A stretch of 64,000 nt of DNA. Origin: the human T2T-CHM13v2.0 reference genome, Homo sapiens. The notes under the pieces were generated by a model, which searched no databases, was not told the origin of the DNA, and worked only from the letters and a program-made list of their open reading frames with translations. The DNA lies in assembly GCF_009914755.1 (NCBI RefSeq), contig NC_060944.1; one strand, written 5' to 3'. Below, piece by piece: positions 32,185 to 46,911 of the stretch (positions are counted from its first letter, which is position 1; each line of letters begins with the position of its first letter). The position numbers and the translations under genes were made by a program.

Positions 32185-32600
32185 GTTGGTCATTCAACAG
32201 ATACTTGTTGAGTGTCTCCTGTGTGTCAGGGCTTGTGCTAGTGCTAGGGATTCTTAGATGACCTCACAATCTAGCATCAGAGTCAGACAAAGATACAAAC
32301 CACAGTATAATGTATGTTCCTTGATAGAAGAGTTTATAAGGAATTCTGAGATTCCAAAGGCATGAATGGGGGTTCTCCTAGGGGATGTAATTATGATCTG
32401 TGTTTTGAAGGAAGAATGAAGGGTAAGAGTTAAGCCAGGAAGGGCACTCCAGACCAGGGAACCAGCACAAACAAAAGCATAAAGATGTGTCCAGGAATTA
32501 CTGGTAAAGGGGTGGGCATTAGAGCAGTACCTAACGTGTAGCAAAACAGATGGACTGCTCTGAGCCCTTATCCTTTGCCAGATTTAAGGTTGTAGTAGTA
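32185..32600 (-). mobile_element. L2 fragment
   Basis: cattcaacagatacttgttgagtgtctcctgtgtgtcagg is the L2 3' end in antisense. Confidence 0.65.
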
Positions 32601-33432
32601 GCCATTGGATGGCAGTAATGCAGGTGCAGCAGGTAGGGAGGAGAAGATTGATTTATTAGCAAGTACCAACTGAAACTTATTTCTAGACTTCTGTGGGGGA
32701 GAAGGGAGGAAGCCTGAAGAGCAGCAGTCCTCTGTCCTCTGGGCCAGACCTGCAGAGGTGTTGTGGTTCTTGGCATTGGTTTGAAAGTTCGTCTGGCCCA
32801 GGCAAATAACCTTGCTTCTCTCATGGCAAAATCTTCTGCTTCACACAGCCTGCCCCTCCTTTCTGTGTTCTTTTACAGAAAGAAATTAATGGAATCTGTT
32901 CAAAATACCCCTGAAATGAAATTACATTTTTAACTCTAATTACCCTAATTAAAACTTGACAGCCGTAATCCTGGAATGGAAGATATGCTAAGTACCCCTT
33001 GCCTGTGACAAGCTCACTTACCCAGATGGAATGTTGTTCTGTTCTGGGTTTAGAAGAAAATTTCTTTTGGTGTTTGTTGTTTTTTCCATTAGCAATTTAG
33101 TCTTCCACCCCACAAATGCCCCAAGGTAGGATAGCTGTACTTGTGGACTACAGGTTTGCCCAGGACCCCTAATCTCAATAGAGGTTCCTTTGCATCCGGA
33201 GATGGAGCTCCTAATGATCCTTACTACATACCTTTGAGTTTTTTCTTCAGTTGAGGTTGAACTGCAGCCTTTCCCTCAGTGAAATCACCTGCCTTGGGGA
33301 ACCAAGGATCTGTACTTGTTAGAAGGCTGTCTTCTGGTCTAGGGCTAAATACGGATTGGGGGTCAGTTTAGGGCTAGTATTTAGGATACAGTTTGAGCCC
33401 AGGGACAAGGAGGTCTAAAAATAGGATCCCTC

Positions 33433-33733
33433 GGCCGGGCGCAGTGGCTCACGCCTGTAATCCCACCACTTCAGGAGGTCGAGGCGGGTGGATCACTTGA
33501 GGTCAGGAGTTCAAGAGCAGCCTGGCCAAGTTGGTGAAACCCTGTCTTTACTAAAAATATTTTAAAAATTAGCCAGGCCTGGTGGTGGGCACCTGTAATC
33601 CCGGCTACTCGGGAGACTAAGGCAGGAGAATTGCTTGAACCCGAGAGGTGGAGGTTGCAGTGAGTCGAGATCATGCATCTTGCACTCCAGCCTGGGCGAC
33701 ACAGCGAGACTCTGTCTCAAAAGAAAAAAAAAA
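33433..33733 (+). mobile_element. AluS
   Basis: Full dimer; TSD aggatcc. Confidence 0.94.
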
Positions 33734-34171
33734 AGGATCCTTCTGCTCTTCACATAGCTCCAGTTCCTTTAACTCAGCACAGGTGAGAGCAACCTAGTGA
33801 GATGCCTGGTCTTGGCCTCTGCTTTAAGTGGTTACCTGGCCAGACCCGAAAACATGATGGGATGGGAGGTAGGGGCAAGCCCATAAAGCAGACTGAAGGA
33901 TTCTTTGATGCTGTGGGTCGTCTCACATTTCTGCTAGAACCGAAGATCCCCATGTTCTAGTAATCTACTCAGCTTAGAAGCCTGTTCAGTAGGCAGACAC
34001 TGGGTGCTCTGTTAGGTACTGCAAGGGACACAGAGTTGAGTAAGACACAGTCCCTGCTCTTGAGAAACTTAGAATTCTGGGGGAGTGGGGAGGTAGTGGT
34101 GGGTGAGGGACAACCATACACATACAAATTATGTAAGACAGAGCAAGCTTTATTCGGTAGATAGGAAGCTT

Positions 34172-34631
<460 letters not shown>

Positions 34632-34979
34632 TCAGGGAACATGAGGAAGGATTAACTCCCATGGGGGTGAGGGGAGGAATCATTGGCAAAGACTTCTCCC
34701 AGGTGTTGGCATTTGGACTTGTCTCTGAGTAGATAATATTGGCAAAGGGATGGAGAAAGTCATTGAGGATGTTAGGGAACAGCATGAGGAATGGTAGAAG
34801 CTGCCAAATTACAACTCAGTGTGATTGGAGTGCAGTGTGCAGGAAAAGGATGTGGTAGAGGATGAATAAGGGTAGAGTTTAAACCATCCTGTAGGCAAAG
34901 GGGATCCACTGAGGTTACAGGACTGTGGTAGGAATAATGGATTAGTCAACAGGTGATTGGAGACAGATTAGTTAGAACA

Positions 34980-35170
34980 TGTCAGCAAACTGGTGGGGCA
35001 AATCTAGCCCATTGCCTCTTTTGTAAAGTTTTACTGGAACACAGCCACACTCATTTGTTCATCCATGATTGCTTTTGCACTACAGTGGCAGAGTTGAATA
35101 CCACGCAGACTATGGTAGCCCACAAAGCCTAATTACTATCTGATCCTATACAGAAAAAGTTTGCTGACCT
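34980..35170. mobile_element. MER58-like hAT DNA transposon
   Basis: gtcagcaaact...aaagttttactggaacacagccacactcatt...aaagtttgctgacc inverted ends. Confidence 0.75.
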
Positions 35171-35324
35171 GTAAGAAAGAAGGTAGTTATGCAAGTTCTG
35201 TAAGAGAAGATAAATGTCAGAACTAGGCCTGAAATGGATTGCAGGTGTTTGAAGAAGGGACATGATTTAGTAGAGAACACCTGTCCTACCTACCGCTCAA
35301 AACTATAAAAATCAAATTTGCTGA

Positions 35325-36050
<726 letters not shown>

Positions 36051-36225
36051 GTCATGGCCATAAAAGGATACTTGATACACAGGCAAGTCCTGATTTGCCT
36101 TTATTAGCTGCGTGACCTTGGGCCAGTCACTTAACTCAGAAGTTCGGGTGAATATAATAAGTAGAATATGGTGAGTAGAATAAAGAAAAGACTCATCAGT
36201 CAGATCTTCCTCAGGAGACGGAACT

Positions 36226-36621
36226 CTTTTTAAAAAATTTGTTCTTTTAAATTTTTTTATTATTAAAAAAATTTTTTTTAATTTGTTCTTTTAAGTTTTT
36301 TTATTATTAAAAAAAAAATTTTTTTTAAATAGAGACGGGTCTTGCTCTGTTGCCCAGGCTGGTCCTCAACTCCTGGCCTCCCAAAGTGATCCTTCCACCT
36401 TGGCCTCCCAAAGTGCTGGGATTACAGGCATGAGCCACCACACTCAGCCTTCTCTTTCTTTCCTTTTTTCTTTCTTTCTTTCTTTCTTTTTTTTTTTTTT
36501 TAATAAAGACAATGTCTCACTTGGCTGCCCATGCTGGTCTCGAACTCCTGGGCTCAGGTGGTCTCCTGTCTCGGCCTGCCAAACTGCTGGGTTTATAGAT
36601 GGGAGCCACCATGCACAGCCT
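36226..36621 (-). mobile_element. Two tandem Alu monomers (FLAM-like) with a duplicated AT-rich tail
   Basis: Two reverse left-arm monomers; the tail contains aatttgttcttttaa..ttattattaaaaaaa twice. Confidence 0.75.
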
Positions 36622-38146
36622 GGACAAAGCTCTTATTCTCTTCTCTATACCTTATACCTCACCCCTAGTTTTTAAGTTTGAGGGCCCTCTAGTGGAAAAG
36701 ACAGATACCGTAGAAAATCTGGATCATAGTATGAGTTGAGAAGTTGGGGATGGGTAGGCAGAAGGTTTTGATCACTCAAAGCAGCTGATGTTGTGGGTGG
36801 AGGGGCTTATGATACTTTGAGACACCCTATACCTTTCCCCTCCATAACTGTTGACACTTGTTCTGGCCAGTTTGAACTTGTTTCTGCCCCTCAACTGCCA
36901 GAGCACATAAGGCCCCTACGAAACTAAAGGCTGGCTTTATCCCTCAGTCACCTTTACCAAACAGAAACTTTGTAAGTGCCACTTGACGTCCCTATGTGCC
37001 TCTCCCTGCCACTCTACTGAGCCTCCTATGCCTCACTTCCTTTTTCCTTCAGCACTGTGCATCTGCCCTGAAGGACGGAAAAAGTACCATCTAGGGAGAC
37101 CACAGTGGTGAGTTTTAAGCTCATTTCTGCCTTCAGCTTCCTATGTGACCAAAGGCAATTCATTTCATGTCTCTGGCCCTTCTGTAGGCTCCAGTGCAGA
37201 TTATCTTCAGCCACTTTTTGGGACTTGGGATTTCTTCTCTAAGCCTCCAGCTTCATAGCATAGCATTTTTTCCCCCAAAGTTCCCCTCTCTTTTCAATCT
37301 AGAATATTAGTATATGCTCAAAGATCATTTGCTTGAAATTCACTACCTTCACCTGTGAGGAGAGTAGTCGTATCTGTTTTTATTGGTAGAGTTCCAGGAA
37401 CTGGCAGTCAGTCTGACTGCTAGAGTGGAACAGACCCCGTCAGCAAGGCATGATGTCTCCAGGATGGGCTGTGTAGTTCAGTACAGACAAACTTTTGGCC
37501 CTGGGAATCCAAGATACAGTAGAGGAAGAAGGGCCAGGCACTAGTCTAGGCAGTTTACGTAATTTTTTCCCCTCATTTATCTTCACTATTCTGAGGTAGG
37601 TGATTTAATCACCATTTTACAAATGTGAGGACTTAAGTTTTAGAGAGTATCATTTGGTAGACAGTGACTGACTCATTGTGGATACAGGAAAACAACTGAA
37701 TATTTCTTGCTCCCAAGTAGGGAAGAGTGGTAGAAGAGACAGGCAAGTGAACGGTGGTCAAAGCACCAAGGATACCCAGTTTTGGTGGGAGAGCCATGGC
37801 TTAAACCTAGGTCTATCTGCTAATTGTTTCTACTATATGCTGCCTTCCTTACAGAGGGGTGGAGAGAGCAGCAAACCCAAGTGGACATCCAGGCTGGCAA
37901 GCAGTCTCTGGACAATGGCCATTGGTGGGGAGGCCTGTCCTTGGATTTTGAGTTGGGCTTTAGTTCGAGGGGGTGGGGGTCTGAAGTCTTAAGCGGGTGA
38001 CTAAGGCAGGGGCTCTCATGTGGAGCTAACCCCATTTATAGAATAAAGCACCTAATTTTGTGCACTCTAGAAAGTGAAGCCTTATGGTCAGCACTGATCA
38101 TATGCTGGAGTATCACAAGAGCCCCACAGTCAGTCTATGGTATAAT

Positions 38147-38470
38147 AGGGCCAGAACCAGTCTCCTTATTCCCAATCAGGCCACCTCTCACCTCACTCAG
38201 ACTTAATACAGTATAGAATAACTTTGGAGGGGACCTCAGTGTGGAGGCTGGAACTGCAAATTTCAAGCTTACATATCAGTTTTTGAATAGGTATTCAAAA
38301 ACCAATGACAGGCTGGGTGTGGTGGCTCACGCCTGTAATCCCAGCACTTTGGGAGTCCAAGGCGGGCGGATCACCTGAGATTATCAGGAGTTCGAGACCA
38401 GCCTGGCCAACATGGTCTGAGTGAGGTGAGAGGTGGCCTGATTGGGAATAAGGAGACTGGTTCTGGCCCT
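38147..38470. repeat. Perfect 56-bp inverted repeat (38147-38202 / 38415-38470) enclosing a tailless Alu fragment (38311-38415)
   Basis: Base-by-base reverse-complement match of both arms. Confidence 0.95.
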
Positions 38471-39697
38471 GCCACTGACTTCCCTCTGTGACTTTGGACA
38501 GATTCCCCTCCCTGCTCTGGTCTTACCTCCCTTTTTATAAAATGGTTGAGCCCTTCCAACTCTGGTCTCATCAGGGGCATGAAAGCCATTTTCTACACAG
38601 TCTCAGTTGCACAGAGCAGTGTCTGGTCGGAGCTTTGGTGTGTTGGTTACTGATTATAAAGCTTTAGATTCTCACTTCCAGCTCAAGAGGGGGAAGGGGA
38701 ACCATCCAACTGTCTCATTAGCATGGAGAAAAGAAAACAGTAATTACTCGTGCCTCCCTTGATAATTCCTGCAGGGTTGGATCTTCTAGGGAAGGAGGAG
38801 GGGAAAACTAGAGATAGCTTCAGCTGAGAAAGGAGAAATGCTGTTAGCTGCCCAGAAAATGCAGAGGCAAGAATGATTGTCTTGCACATCTGTTGTATTC
38901 TGTGGACGTTCCTCCAGGCAGCTTGGAGACTGCCTAGATTGAGTTTCATCTATTTATGGCATGCATTATGTTCTCATACGTGAACATGGGTTGGGCTCAA
39001 GACCCCTAATGTCACCTGTCATTAAGAAACCAGCTGTCCTCTAGGGCCTACTTTTTGATACACTGGGCATCCTGACACCTGTCTTTGTTTGGGAGTATGG
39101 GAGGGTTTTACTGACCCATTTTGTGTCCTGGCTGCATTTTTTATTATGTTGTGAGGTCATTTTTTTTACCCCCACAGCAACACAGCCAGTAGTTTTATTA
39201 TGCCTGGGCATAGGCAACCATACAGTAGAGCCAGTCACAAGAGTCAAGGTCAGGTATCCTTGTGAGGGGAGGAGTCTGGGAGAACTGCAAGACCATGGGG
39301 TTTAGTAAAGGCTGGGATAAGCAAGCCTTACAGAAGGGTTGAGGCAGTTTTGAGGCTGAGGGGTTAGGGGGAGCTGGAACCCAACTGTCAAATAGATTGG
39401 CAAGTTGGCTTGTGGGACAAGGGCTATTTGCCCTGTGCCTTTGCCCTGTGCCAGTCTTTTACTCCCTGTGTGTGGTCGGTTGTGAGCCCTGAAGTGCTGA
39501 CTCTAGCAGAAATGCGTTGGAGGCTGCCTTCAGGGGAGCCCTGCCTGAGGGAGCCTGGAGCCATTAGGCTGAGATTATCTCCCGTGGCTGCTCACTGGTG
39601 CCTTGGTTGCCACCCCAGAGGCCTAGAGAACGCAGCTTCCCTTTCTCTTCCTCTCTCCTGAGGAAGATAACCCTTCAGCAACACGTCTCTCTCTCTC

Positions 39698-39994
39698 TCT
39701 TTTTTTTTTTTTAAGACAATCTCAGTCTGTTGCCCAGGCTGGAGTGCAGTAGTGCAAACACAGCTCACTGCATCCTCCGCTGCCCGGGTTCAAGTTTTTC
39801 TGCCTCAGCCTCTGGAGTAGCTGGGACTACAGGCATGCACCACCACACCACACCCAGCTAATTTTTGTATTTTTAGTAGAGACGGAGTTTAGCCGTGTTA
39901 GCTAGGCTGGTGTCGAACTCCTGACCTCAGGTGATCCGCCCACCTCAGCTTCCCAAAGTGCTGGGATAACAGGCGTGAGCCACCTCACCTGGCC
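39698..39994 (-). mobile_element. AluS preceded by (CT)n
   Basis: Reverse Alu dimer; TSD caacac. Confidence 0.9.
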
Positions 39995-40766
39995 CAACAC
40001 CTTTCGGTCAGTCTTCCTGCAGGCCCTGGAGCTTGCTTATTCTAAACAACAAGAGTTCTGTAGGGACATGCTATTTTTTAAAAAAAAAAAAAAATTGTTT
40101 TACAAATGTAGGAGATTATTTCCTCTGTTAAAATCGTCTTCGGTCCCCAGGGAATGCTCCCTTTCTCTTGTCCCAGACCGTTTGCTTGATTCCCCACCCT
40201 TTGATGTCCACACCCAGGCTTCCCATAATTTTCACTCTTCATTCACTTCCTGGCTCCTTTCCCTAGCTTCCAGCAGTAGATTCCTGGTTGTTTTTTTTTT
40301 TTTTTTTTTTTTTTGTGGGGGGTGGGGATAAGGAAGGTTTTTCAACAAAGCTTTCATGATGGGGAGCTACTGGAGAAAGGTCCAGAGGATGTCAGTAACC
40401 CCTTAGCCACAAGGAACGATATACTCCCAAGGCTTGTTAGCCTGGAGTAATGCTGGTAGGGGAGGAAGCTGTGACAAGAGGAAGAACCTGCTTGTCTTCT
40501 GACCTCTGCAGGCTTCAGCTTAAACCTGGCAGAGGTTGGGCTGGGGCAGGGCAATAGTGAGGGCTGAGGGTTGGAGCCCTGAGCAACTTGTCGATAAGTG
40601 TTTCACTTTACCTCCTATTGACACATTTAGTTTGGAGTTTGGACAAGCAAACTCCCTTCATTTAACATTTACAAAGAGGAATTCCTGCTGCTTCTCTTTT
40701 AAATAAAAGTCCTTGGTTCTGGTATCGGAAGGAAAAAGATCTTTTCCAAAGTCTAGACCTCAGACA

Positions 40767-40768
40767 TT

Positions 40769-40815
<47 letters not shown>

Positions 40816-41063
40816 TTGAGGCGGAGTCTCGCTCTGTCGCCCATGCTGGAGTGCAGTGGCGTGTTCTCGGCTCACTGCAAGCTCCGCCTCCCGGGTTCAC
40901 GCCATTCTCCTGCCTCAGCCTCCTGAGTAGCTGGGACTACAGGCGCCCGCCAGCCATGCCCGGCTAATTTTTTTTTTTTGTATTTTTAGTAGAGACGGGG
41001 TTTCACCGTGTTAGCCAGGATGGTCTCTATCTCCTGATCTCGTGATCCGCCCGCCTTGGCCTC
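40767..41063 (-). mobile_element. 5'-truncated AluY with (TTTA)n microsatellite tail
   Basis: Y diagnostics; TSD acctcagacatttt/acctgagacatttt. Confidence 0.92.
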
Positions 41064-42335
41064 TAAACCTGAGACATTTTAAACCTGCTCAGGTGTCTCC
41101 TTCCTTACCTGTTCTCCCTTCACCCCTTTCCCATCCTCTTTTCTCTGCTCCCTGCCTTTGCACTCCTTACATCTCCCTTGACTTGTGAAAACAAGAATGG
41201 GAAAAGGACACCTTAAGCCAACAGATTAGTAGATATTCGGTTGATATTCATACTGGGGCTGAGACTCTGAATATGGAGCTTGAGATTTTGGACTTCTAGT
41301 CCTCAGAATAAGAGTTGCCGGGCAGGTTTTGTTTATTCCTTTATTTACTCACAGATACTTAGGCTGACACAGAGCCTGGCAGGTAGTTCGTAAGACCCTA
41401 ATCCTACATGACCCAAGACCCATATGACAGTTCATAAGACCCTAATCCTGCCATAAGGTCACAATCTTACGGAGAAGACATAGCAGCAGTGAGCACACAA
41501 CCCCCACTCCCTCCACATCCCCCGTTCAATGATTGAATTTTGAGGTTAGAAAGAACTTTAGTTTTTCTGGTCTTCTTTCATGTTGCTGTGTAATAAGTAA
41601 GGCAGATCATGAGAGTACACAGGCTCTGGAGTAAAGTAAAGCAGACCTGGGTTCAAATGCTAGCTTTGTTGCTTACTAGCTGTTTGACCTTGAATGGCAC
41701 ACTTAGCCTCACCTGTCTTCAGTTACCTTGGTTGTAAAATGGACATGTCATCACCTACTTCACAGGGTATCATAAGGATTAACAGTTTAACACCCAGCCG
41801 TGTGCCTGAGGCGTAGTAGCAGCCCATGTCTTTCTGTCACCTTGCATCAAGGCCTGGCTTAAATCTTTGCTTCTTCTGTGAAGCTTCTGAGACAAACCCA
41901 GGTCAGACTGATTTGTTTCTTCACTTCCACAATACATAACATTCTTTGAACTGTTAGATCCTGCCTATTATTAGTAATTTTTTGTGGGACATCATAGTCC
42001 CATCCTGAATGCCAAGTGCCTAAGGATAAGGACTGTTCTCAATCATCTGTGCATCCTCCATAACCCCTTATTCAGAGCTGTTTACACAGCAAAGCCAACC
42101 AGTACAGCTAGTATCAGGAAATATTTTTTGACTAATTAGATAGAAGGTTCATGTATGTACTCTGTTATTCAGCTTACAAGAAGAACCATAAAAGACCTGG
42201 CTGGGACTCTCCCATCCTAACTCTGCCCTTTTCCTCACCTGTTACCACATTGATAAAAACATGTGATTATAAAATCCTTGTGTTGGCAGTATAGGAATTC
42301 CCATTTTGCAGATGGGGAATCTGAGATGCAGATTA

Positions 42336-42696
<361 letters not shown>

Positions 42697-42855
42697 GAAA
42701 TCTTATAACTGACTAGGTCTCCATTCTTCAGAAGTAGTAGGAATTTCTACAAGGAAGAAGGGGAACAGGGGTACTGTATTCCTGAGGCCTTAGCTGATGG
42801 TGAGTGCAGAAATGAATATACCCACAAGCCGGAGATGTTTCAAGAACTTGGCAGA

Positions 42856-43130
42856 TTTGGGAGGCCGAGGCGGGCGGATCATGAGGTCAGGAGATCGAGA
42901 CCATCCTGGCTAACACGGTGAAACCCCGTCTGTACTAAAAATACAAAAAATTAGCCAGGCGTGGTGGCAGGCACCTGTAGTCCCAGCTACTCAGGAGGCT
43001 GAGGCAGGAGAATGGTGTGAACCCGGGAGGCGGAGCTTGCAGTGAGCCTAGATCGTGTCACTGCACTCCAGCATGGGTGACAGAGCGAGAGACTCCATCT
43101 CAAAAAAAAAAAAAAAAAAAAAAAAAAAAA
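42856..43130 (+). mobile_element. 5'-truncated AluY with a long A tail
   Basis: Y diagnostics; TSD aacttggcaga/aacatggcaga. Confidence 0.92.
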
Positions 43131-43587
43131 CATGGCAGAGAGAGTGGCAAGAAAAGGGTTCAGGATTACGTCATAGATTCACTAGGCCTTGAAAATTAAG
43201 AAGGGTTTGAATGTGTGTAAATGAAGAAGGGCAATTCCAGTGAGACAACAGTGTGGACCAAAAATATGAGAGCTGGAAAGCCCACGGTAGAAGTAAGGCG
43301 GATGATGACCAGATACTGGCATACCTAAGAGCAAGGCTGAGGTGACTGGGAGCCATGACTTTTTTTGAGCAGGGAAGTGTCATTAGGACCATTAGTCTGG
43401 CTGTGTGGGTCTAATGGATTGGAATAGGAGGGGTAGGGGAGACTAGTGAAACAGAGACCAGGGAAGAGACTCCTGTAAGTCTGCCTTTGTAATGTCAGTA
43501 AGTTTCAAGAAATATGCCAGCAGTGCAAGCAAGAGATAATGTGATCCTGAACCAAGAGGAAGTTGACATAGTAGGGAATAAAGAATT

Positions 43588-43908
43588 CTTTGAGAGGCCA
43601 AGGCAGGTGGATCACCTGAGGTTGGGAGCTTGAGACCAGCCTGACTAACATGAAGAAACCCCGTCTTTACTAAAAATACAAAATTAGCTGGGCATGGTGG
43701 CCGGCACCTGTAATCGCAGCTACTCAGGAGACTGAGGCAGGAGAATCGCTTGAACCCGGGGGGCCGGGGGTTGCAGTGAGCCAAGATCGCGCCAGGATAT
43801 TCCAGCCTGGGTGACAGAGTGAGACTCTGTTGCAAAACATAAAGAAAGGAAGAAAGGAGGGAGGGAGGGAGGAAAGGGAGGGAGGGAGGGAGGGAGGGAG
43901 GGAGGGAG
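43588..43908 (+). mobile_element. 5'-truncated AluS followed by a (GGGA)n purine repeat
   Basis: Alu body followed by ggagggagggag... at ~43840-43908. Confidence 0.88.
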
Positions 43909-44574
43909 ATGATTTGGATGTAGAACTCTTAGAGGGGGAGAAAAAAAAACCCACAAGGATTTGGCAGTTGTGGGAATGGGGAAGAGAGAGAAAGAGGGGT
44001 TGAGAGCATGAATATTTGGAGTCTAAGTACCCCGGAGAATGGTTATGCCATTCTCTGAATCATGGAGGCTGGGAAATAGAAGATGAATTGAGTTGGTTGA
44101 CTTGTTGATTGGAGGTGTCCATTCTTGACTCCCTGGTGCCTCTGCCTTTGTCTTTTGATCCAGAGCTGCAGAGATCCTTTGGTTCCTTGTGCTTGCTGCT
44201 TTGTTCCAGACCTGGAGGCCCCCCGCACCCTCAATCCCTTCACTCATGACTTGGAGCAACTTTCATTCCCTCTGAAATAAAACAGTGCTTAGGCCAGTAC
44301 CTAGTCTGTTTCCAACTGTGCGGTAAATGCCTATTAAATGGCCGTTGTTATTATAGCTTTGAGATTACAGTAGCTAGAGATTAGAGAAGCCTCTGGAACC
44401 ACCTGGCTGAAGGACTCAGGAGCCATTCAACTTGTATTCAGTAAAAAGCCTGGACTGCAAGTATATGGAGAGGATGTCAGGCTTGGGTGTAGATGGGTGG
44501 GGAACTCTGAGCCATGTAAACTAGAACAAGAGAACATGTTTCCTGCCTTCTGTTTTTGAGAATTGTTATATATA

Positions 44575-44800
44575 ATGTGAGATTAAGAGGGCAAGCCCTG
44601 GAGTTGGACTTCTGGGTTCAAATCCCAGCTCCACCATCTTGTTAGCTGTGCAATGGGCAAATGTACTTAATTTCTCTGTGCCTCAATTTCTCCATTAGTA
44701 AAATAACATACCAACCTTACAAGATTGTTGTAAAGATTAAATGAGTTAATACAAATAAAAGGTTTACATCAGTGCCTGGTATGTGCTGCTATTCTTATTC
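44575..44800 (+). mobile_element. MIR
   Basis: gggttcaaatcccagctccacc...tctctgtgcctcaatttc. Confidence 0.8.
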
Positions 44801-45430
44801 TAGAGTCTGCTCTATTCCATTCCACATTCCTGGGAACGAATATATAGGGATTTCTCTTCTTCACCATCCTCACCCAGCAGAGGAGGGAGCTGAGCACAGA
44901 AATGTGAAATAAATCTCAGAGTCCTTGAAAGTTTGTCTCAGCTAGAATCCAGGTGATCTAAGCCTGGAGGAGCCTGGGCCACAAGTGAGACAGAGTTAGA
45001 GTTGTCCAGAAGACCTGAGTTTGACTCCCAGTTTTACCACTTGACTTATTTTGATCTTGCGCAAGTAACCTAGTCTCTGAGCCTTAGTTTTCTCATATGT
45101 AAAATACAGAACAAATTCCTTCTTGTGTCTCTTGTATGTACCTCATTCTCCTTATGACTCCACTCTAGCTATATTATTAGTCTTCTTGTTCCTTAAACAT
45201 ACCAAGGCCTCAGGGCCTTTGTACTTGCTATTCTCTCCCTGGAACACTCTTCCCTCAGATCTTTTCATGTCTTACCCCAGACTTCATTCAAATCTCTCTG
45301 GATGTGACCCTTTGTAGAGGCCCCTCCCTGACCATTTTATCTAAAATAGACTTCACCCTTACCTTTTGTCATTCTTTATTTCCTTACCTTGCTTTGCTTC
45401 CCTTCCCTCCCTCTCCCTTTCCCTCCCCTT

Positions 45431-45752
45431 CCCTCCCCTTCCTCCCCCCCTTTTTTGAGATGGATTCTCACTCTTGTCACCCAGGCTGTAGTGCAGTGGC
45501 ACGATCTCGCTCACTGGAACCTCCGCCTCCCAGGTTCAAGCGATTCTCCTGCTTCAGCCTCCCAAGTAGCTGGGGTTACAGGCGCCCACCACCATGCCTG
45601 GCTAATTTTTTTTTTTTTTTTTTTTGTATTTTTAGTAGAGACAGGGTTTCACCATGTTGGCCGGGCTCGTCTTGAACTCCTGACTTCAGGTGATCCATCC
45701 CCCTCGGCCTCCCAAAGTGCTGGGATTACAGGCATGAGCCACCGCGCCAGGC
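45431..45752 (-). mobile_element. AluS inserted in an L2 fragment (~45120-45870)
   Basis: Reverse Alu with a long internal T tract; L2-like flanks. Confidence 0.9.
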
Positions 45753-45914
45753 GTGCCTTATTTTTCTTTATGGCACTTAGCACTACTTGAAATTATATAC
45801 TGTAAATAATTGACCTGTCTTTTGCTAGGATGCAAAATGTGTGAGGGCAGGAATTTTGAATGCCTGCTGCCTGTTCTGAGCAGCACCCCTAATGGACTTC
45901 TCTCTCTATTGTAG

Positions 45915-45997
45915 GTGAGCCCTATTCCCAGAGGCAGGTGGTGCTGACCCTGTAACCCAAAGGAGGAAACAGCTGGCTAAGCTCATCATTGTTACTG
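45915..45997 (+). other. RALY: RALY exon 2 (83 nt, non-coding 5'UTR)
   Basis: Branch point CCCTAAT; acceptor ttctctctctattgtag|; donor CTG|GTGAGT; matches the recalled RALY mRNA leader; no ATG. Confidence 0.85.
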
Positions 45998-46366
45998 GTG
46001 AGTGAGGTTGCCTGGGAAAGCTCTGGGCAAGCTTGGGCCAACATGGAGGGTAACTCGTTTGGGGATTGTTTTTACCTTTAGTACAGATAACTTACAAGTG
46101 ATTATCTTCCTACTCCATGTCTAAAAGATTGGATGTTGCACAGGTAACCTTCTGAACTGGGAGGGTTGAGACTGCTCTCCTAGAATTGCCACAAGAATGT
46201 CTGAGATCATTTGCCATGAATAAGGCAGAGCAGGTCTGCTTCCTTCTTGCTTCTGCTAGCTGCTTTCTGCTGGGATGTGGCAGGTGGGGGGCTATCCTGG
46301 GACCTGGCGGCTATACCTGTCCTCTCACAAGCTCTTTAACATGACCTCACAGCCCTTAGAGACTTG

Positions 46367-46655
<289 letters not shown>

Positions 46656-46911
46656 CCGTAGAGACTTTCTTAGCTTTAGTTTTTACTGTGATCTGCCAAG
46701 CTCATAGGTCAGCTCCAGAAAATCCTGTAGTTTCTTCCATTCTGCAAAATGTCGTATGAATAATGGTGAGAGTGGAGTGATTAGGGTTTTATGAAGTGGA
46801 TGTCAGGGGAAGCTGACAGATGGTGAGAAGGAAGGAAAATCAACGCATTAAGAACTTACTATGTTACTGATCTCAATCTAGACAAAATCCCTTTTTGTGT
46901 GTGGGGGGGGT

